Shown here: one piece after another, positions 61,998 to 64,000 of the stretch
How positions within the stretch are numbered: the first letter of the stretch is position 1
Layout of the letters: each line of letters begins with the position of its first letter
NCBI GenBank assembly: GCA_963706325.1
Contig: CAVPLT010000002.1
Coordinates: forward strand, 179,748-243,747
Source of the DNA: an uncultured Nitrospiraceae bacterium
Lineage (GTDB): Bacteria > Nitrospirota > Nitrospiria > Nitrospirales > Nitrospiraceae
DNA: 64,000 nucleotides
Direction of reading: 5' to 3'
The notes under the pieces: model-generated
Database searches by the model: none
Seen by the model: the letters and a program-made list of their open reading frames with translations, nothing else
Told to the model about the DNA's origin: nothing
Position numbers and translations under genes: made by a program

Positions 61998-63419
61998 ATG
62001 TCAAAACACCTCGCAATTCTTGGCGCTGGTCCCGGCGGGTACGTCGCAGCCATTCGCGCCGCCCAAATGGGAGCGCAGGTCACCGTCGTTGAAAATCAGG
62101 CGCTTGGCGGCGTCTGCCTGAACTGGGGTTGCATCCCAAGCAAGGCACTGCTGTCGGTCGTGGAATTCGGCGACAAGGCGAAGAAGGCTAAGGATCTTGG
62201 TGTTCAGCTCGGAGGCTCTATCACTTATGATGCGGCTGTCATGGTCGCACGGAAAAACAAAGTGGTGTCCAACTTGGTGAAGGGCATTGCCACCCTCTTC
62301 AAGGCCTGGAACATTGAGCATGTGGAAGGCACCGGCGAATTGATCGATGCCAGAACCATCCGAATTACTAAGAAGGACGGCGCTGAGACCCAAGTTGTGG
62401 CCGATGGTCTGATCATCGCCACAGGGTCGTCCTGGCCGAACCTCCAGTTGTTTCCCATCGATGGATCGCAGATCATCACCAGTAAGCAGGCATTGGATCT
62501 AGTCACGATTCCGGCGAGTCTTCTGATCGTCGGTGGGGGAGTGGAAGGTTGTGAATTTGCCGCCCTCTACAGCGGGCTCGGCACGCAAGTGACCATGGTC
62601 GAATTACTGCCGCGTTTGCTCCCCTTGGAAGACGAAGAGATCAGTCAGATGACGGAGCGTGAACTGAAAAAGCGAGGCGTGGATATCCACACCGGCGTCA
62701 CGGTTGATCAGATCGTTCGCGGTGCGGATATCGTCACGGCTCATCTTCGCGATGGTCTGTCATTGAATGTGAAGCAGGTGTTGGTCTCTGTGGGGCGAGG
62801 GTTCAACTCGCGCGGCATCGGGCTCGAGAAGGCTGGTGTGGAAGTCGGCTCACGCGGTGAAGTACTGGTGAATGAGCGAATGGAAACGAATGTGCCTGGT
62901 GTGTATGCGATTGGGGATGTCGTCGGCAAGGCGATGTTGGCCCATGTCGCGTCGGCGCAAGGGAAGGTCGCGGCCGATAACTTTCTGGGCCATCCTCGCA
63001 CGATCAACTATGATGTCATCCCGACGGGCATCTTTACGTTACCGGAGATTGGACGGGTCGGGCTCACGGAACAACAGGCCCGTGACCGTTGTCTGGCAGC
63101 AGGGAAAGATCCGCAGCAGGCGCTCAAGATCGGGCGTTTCCGCTACGGTGGATTAGGCAAGGCTCAGGCGACGGGGGATATTCAGGGTCTCGTGAAAGTT
63201 ATTGCTGAGACAGATACCGATCGAATTCTTGGCGCACATATTCTGGGAGCCCATGCGACTGATCTCATTCATGAAGCCGCATTGGCCATGCATCTGGGCG
63301 CCACCGCCTCATCCGTGGCTGAAATGATTCACGCGCACCCGACATTTGCCGAAGGCCTCATGGAGGCGGTGGAAGACGTCCATGGCCGAGCCATCCACCT
63401 TGCACGGAGGACCTCATAG
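61998..63419 (+). CDS. lpdA: Dihydrolipoyl dehydrogenase
   Basis: GAGPGGY, GGVCLNWGCIPSK, HAHPT. Confidence 0.96.
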   Translation: MSKHLAILGAGPGGYVAAIRAAQMGAQVTVVENQALGGVCLNWGCIPSKALLSVVEFGDKAKKAKDLGVQLGGSITYDAAVMVARKNKVVSNLVKGIATLFKAWNIEHVEGTGELIDARTIRITKKDGAETQVVADGLIIATGSSWPNLQLFPIDGSQIITSKQALDLVTIPASLLIVGGGVEGCEFAALYSGLGTQVTMVELLPRLLPLEDEEISQMTERELKKRGVDIHTGVTVDQIVRGADIVTAHLRDGLSLNVKQVLVSVGRGFNSRGIGLEKAGVEVGSRGEVLVNERMETNVPGVYAIGDVVGKAMLAHVASAQGKVAADNFLGHPRTINYDVIPTGIFTLPEIGRVGLTEQQARDRCLAAGKDPQQALKIGRFRYGGLGKAQATGDIQGLVKVIAETDTDRILGAHILGAHATDLIHEAALAMHLGATASSVAEMIHAHPTFAEGLMEAVEDVHGRAIHLARRTS

Positions 63420-63420
63420 G

Positions 63421-63945
63421 ATGATGCGTTCGCTGCTGATCAAGCTTGCCATGTTGGCGGTGACCCTGGGGTCCTTGATCTGGATCGGCTCGGTTACCCC
63501 CATACGACAGGTGACGCCGCATCAACTCCAGCCGGCAACAGCCGCTCCGATCTCTAGTCCCGTCCGTCAACCGACGATTGTTGGGTCAGTGGGGAGTCCT
63601 TCCGCTGGCGCAGCGAGCGGCGCATCTGAGAGCGCACTCACTCACGCTTCTCCGAAGGAGGAGCCCACACCCTCAGCACCGATGGGCAGCTCGCGCCCCG
63701 CAACCCATGAGTCGCCGCGCGTCGATTTAAATCACGCTACCGCATCCGATCTGGAAGCATTGCCGGGAATTGGTCCCAAGTTGGCGCAACGAGTGATCGA
63801 GCATCGTGCGTCGCATGGTCCTTTTACCAAAGTGGAAGACCTGCGTCAGGTGCAAGGTATCGGTCATAAAAAGTTTGACCGTCTCCGTCCCCATGTCCTC
63901 GTGACTAATACCAGGTCGCCGTCACGACATAAAGGGACCTTGTGA
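63421..63945 (+). CDS. comEA: ComEA-like helix-hairpin-helix DNA-binding protein
   Basis: VDLNHAT..LEALPGIGPKLA, VQGIG; N-terminal TM. Confidence 0.88.
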   Translation: MMRSLLIKLAMLAVTLGSLIWIGSVTPIRQVTPHQLQPATAAPISSPVRQPTIVGSVGSPSAGAASGASESALTHASPKEEPTPSAPMGSSRPATHESPRVDLNHATASDLEALPGIGPKLAQRVIEHRASHGPFTKVEDLRQVQGIGHKKFDRLRPHVLVTNTRSPSRHKGTL

Positions 63946-64000
63946 CACCGCTCTCTCAGCAGCTCGATCTTATACTTCGAGGCATTGTTGAAGTTATTCA
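63942..64000 (+). CDS. tyrS: Tyrosine--tRNA ligase, 5' fragment
   Basis: MTPLSQQLDLILRGIVEVI matches the typical TyrS N-terminus; only 19 codons visible. Confidence 0.6.
   Translation, partial: MTPLSQQLDLILRGIVEVI

Overview
Bacterial chromosomal window whose gene order and proteins suggest a Nitrospira-like organism (inference; no rRNA marker here). It has two parts. (1) Positions ~1-14.6 kb are an accessory, mosaic region. It holds stress/detox genes (NmrA-like, SrpA-type catalase, cupin, old-yellow-enzyme), a stand-alone HsdR-N/PD-(D/E)xK nuclease, a secreted WD40 gene broken by an in-frame TGA, and five type II toxin-antitoxin loci. In four of these the toxin is visibly destroyed (two frameshifts, a nonsense codon, or truncation) while the antitoxin frames stay open. 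The region is organised by repeats: a TTGCAAGACCTGACCC junction motif that forms a perfect 26-bp inverted repeat around 8597-11933, duplicated promoter/leader segments, and a GC-rich ~100-130 nt palindromic repeat between TA cassettes. No transposase or integrase is present. (2) Positions ~14.6-64 kb are mostly core genome. They carry two tandem B12-radical SAM paralogs, alr-frr-pyrH-tsf-rpsB, argJC, rpsI-rplM, two DUF151 genes, tRNA-Leu(CAA), ccsA-hemA-hemC-cobA/hemD-hemB, ribF-tilS-hpt-ftsH-folP-glmM-comEC, mtnA, ndk, gcvH-lpdA-comEA and the start of tyrS. A second ~125-bp MITE/REP-like repeat family is scattered from 18 to 26 kb.
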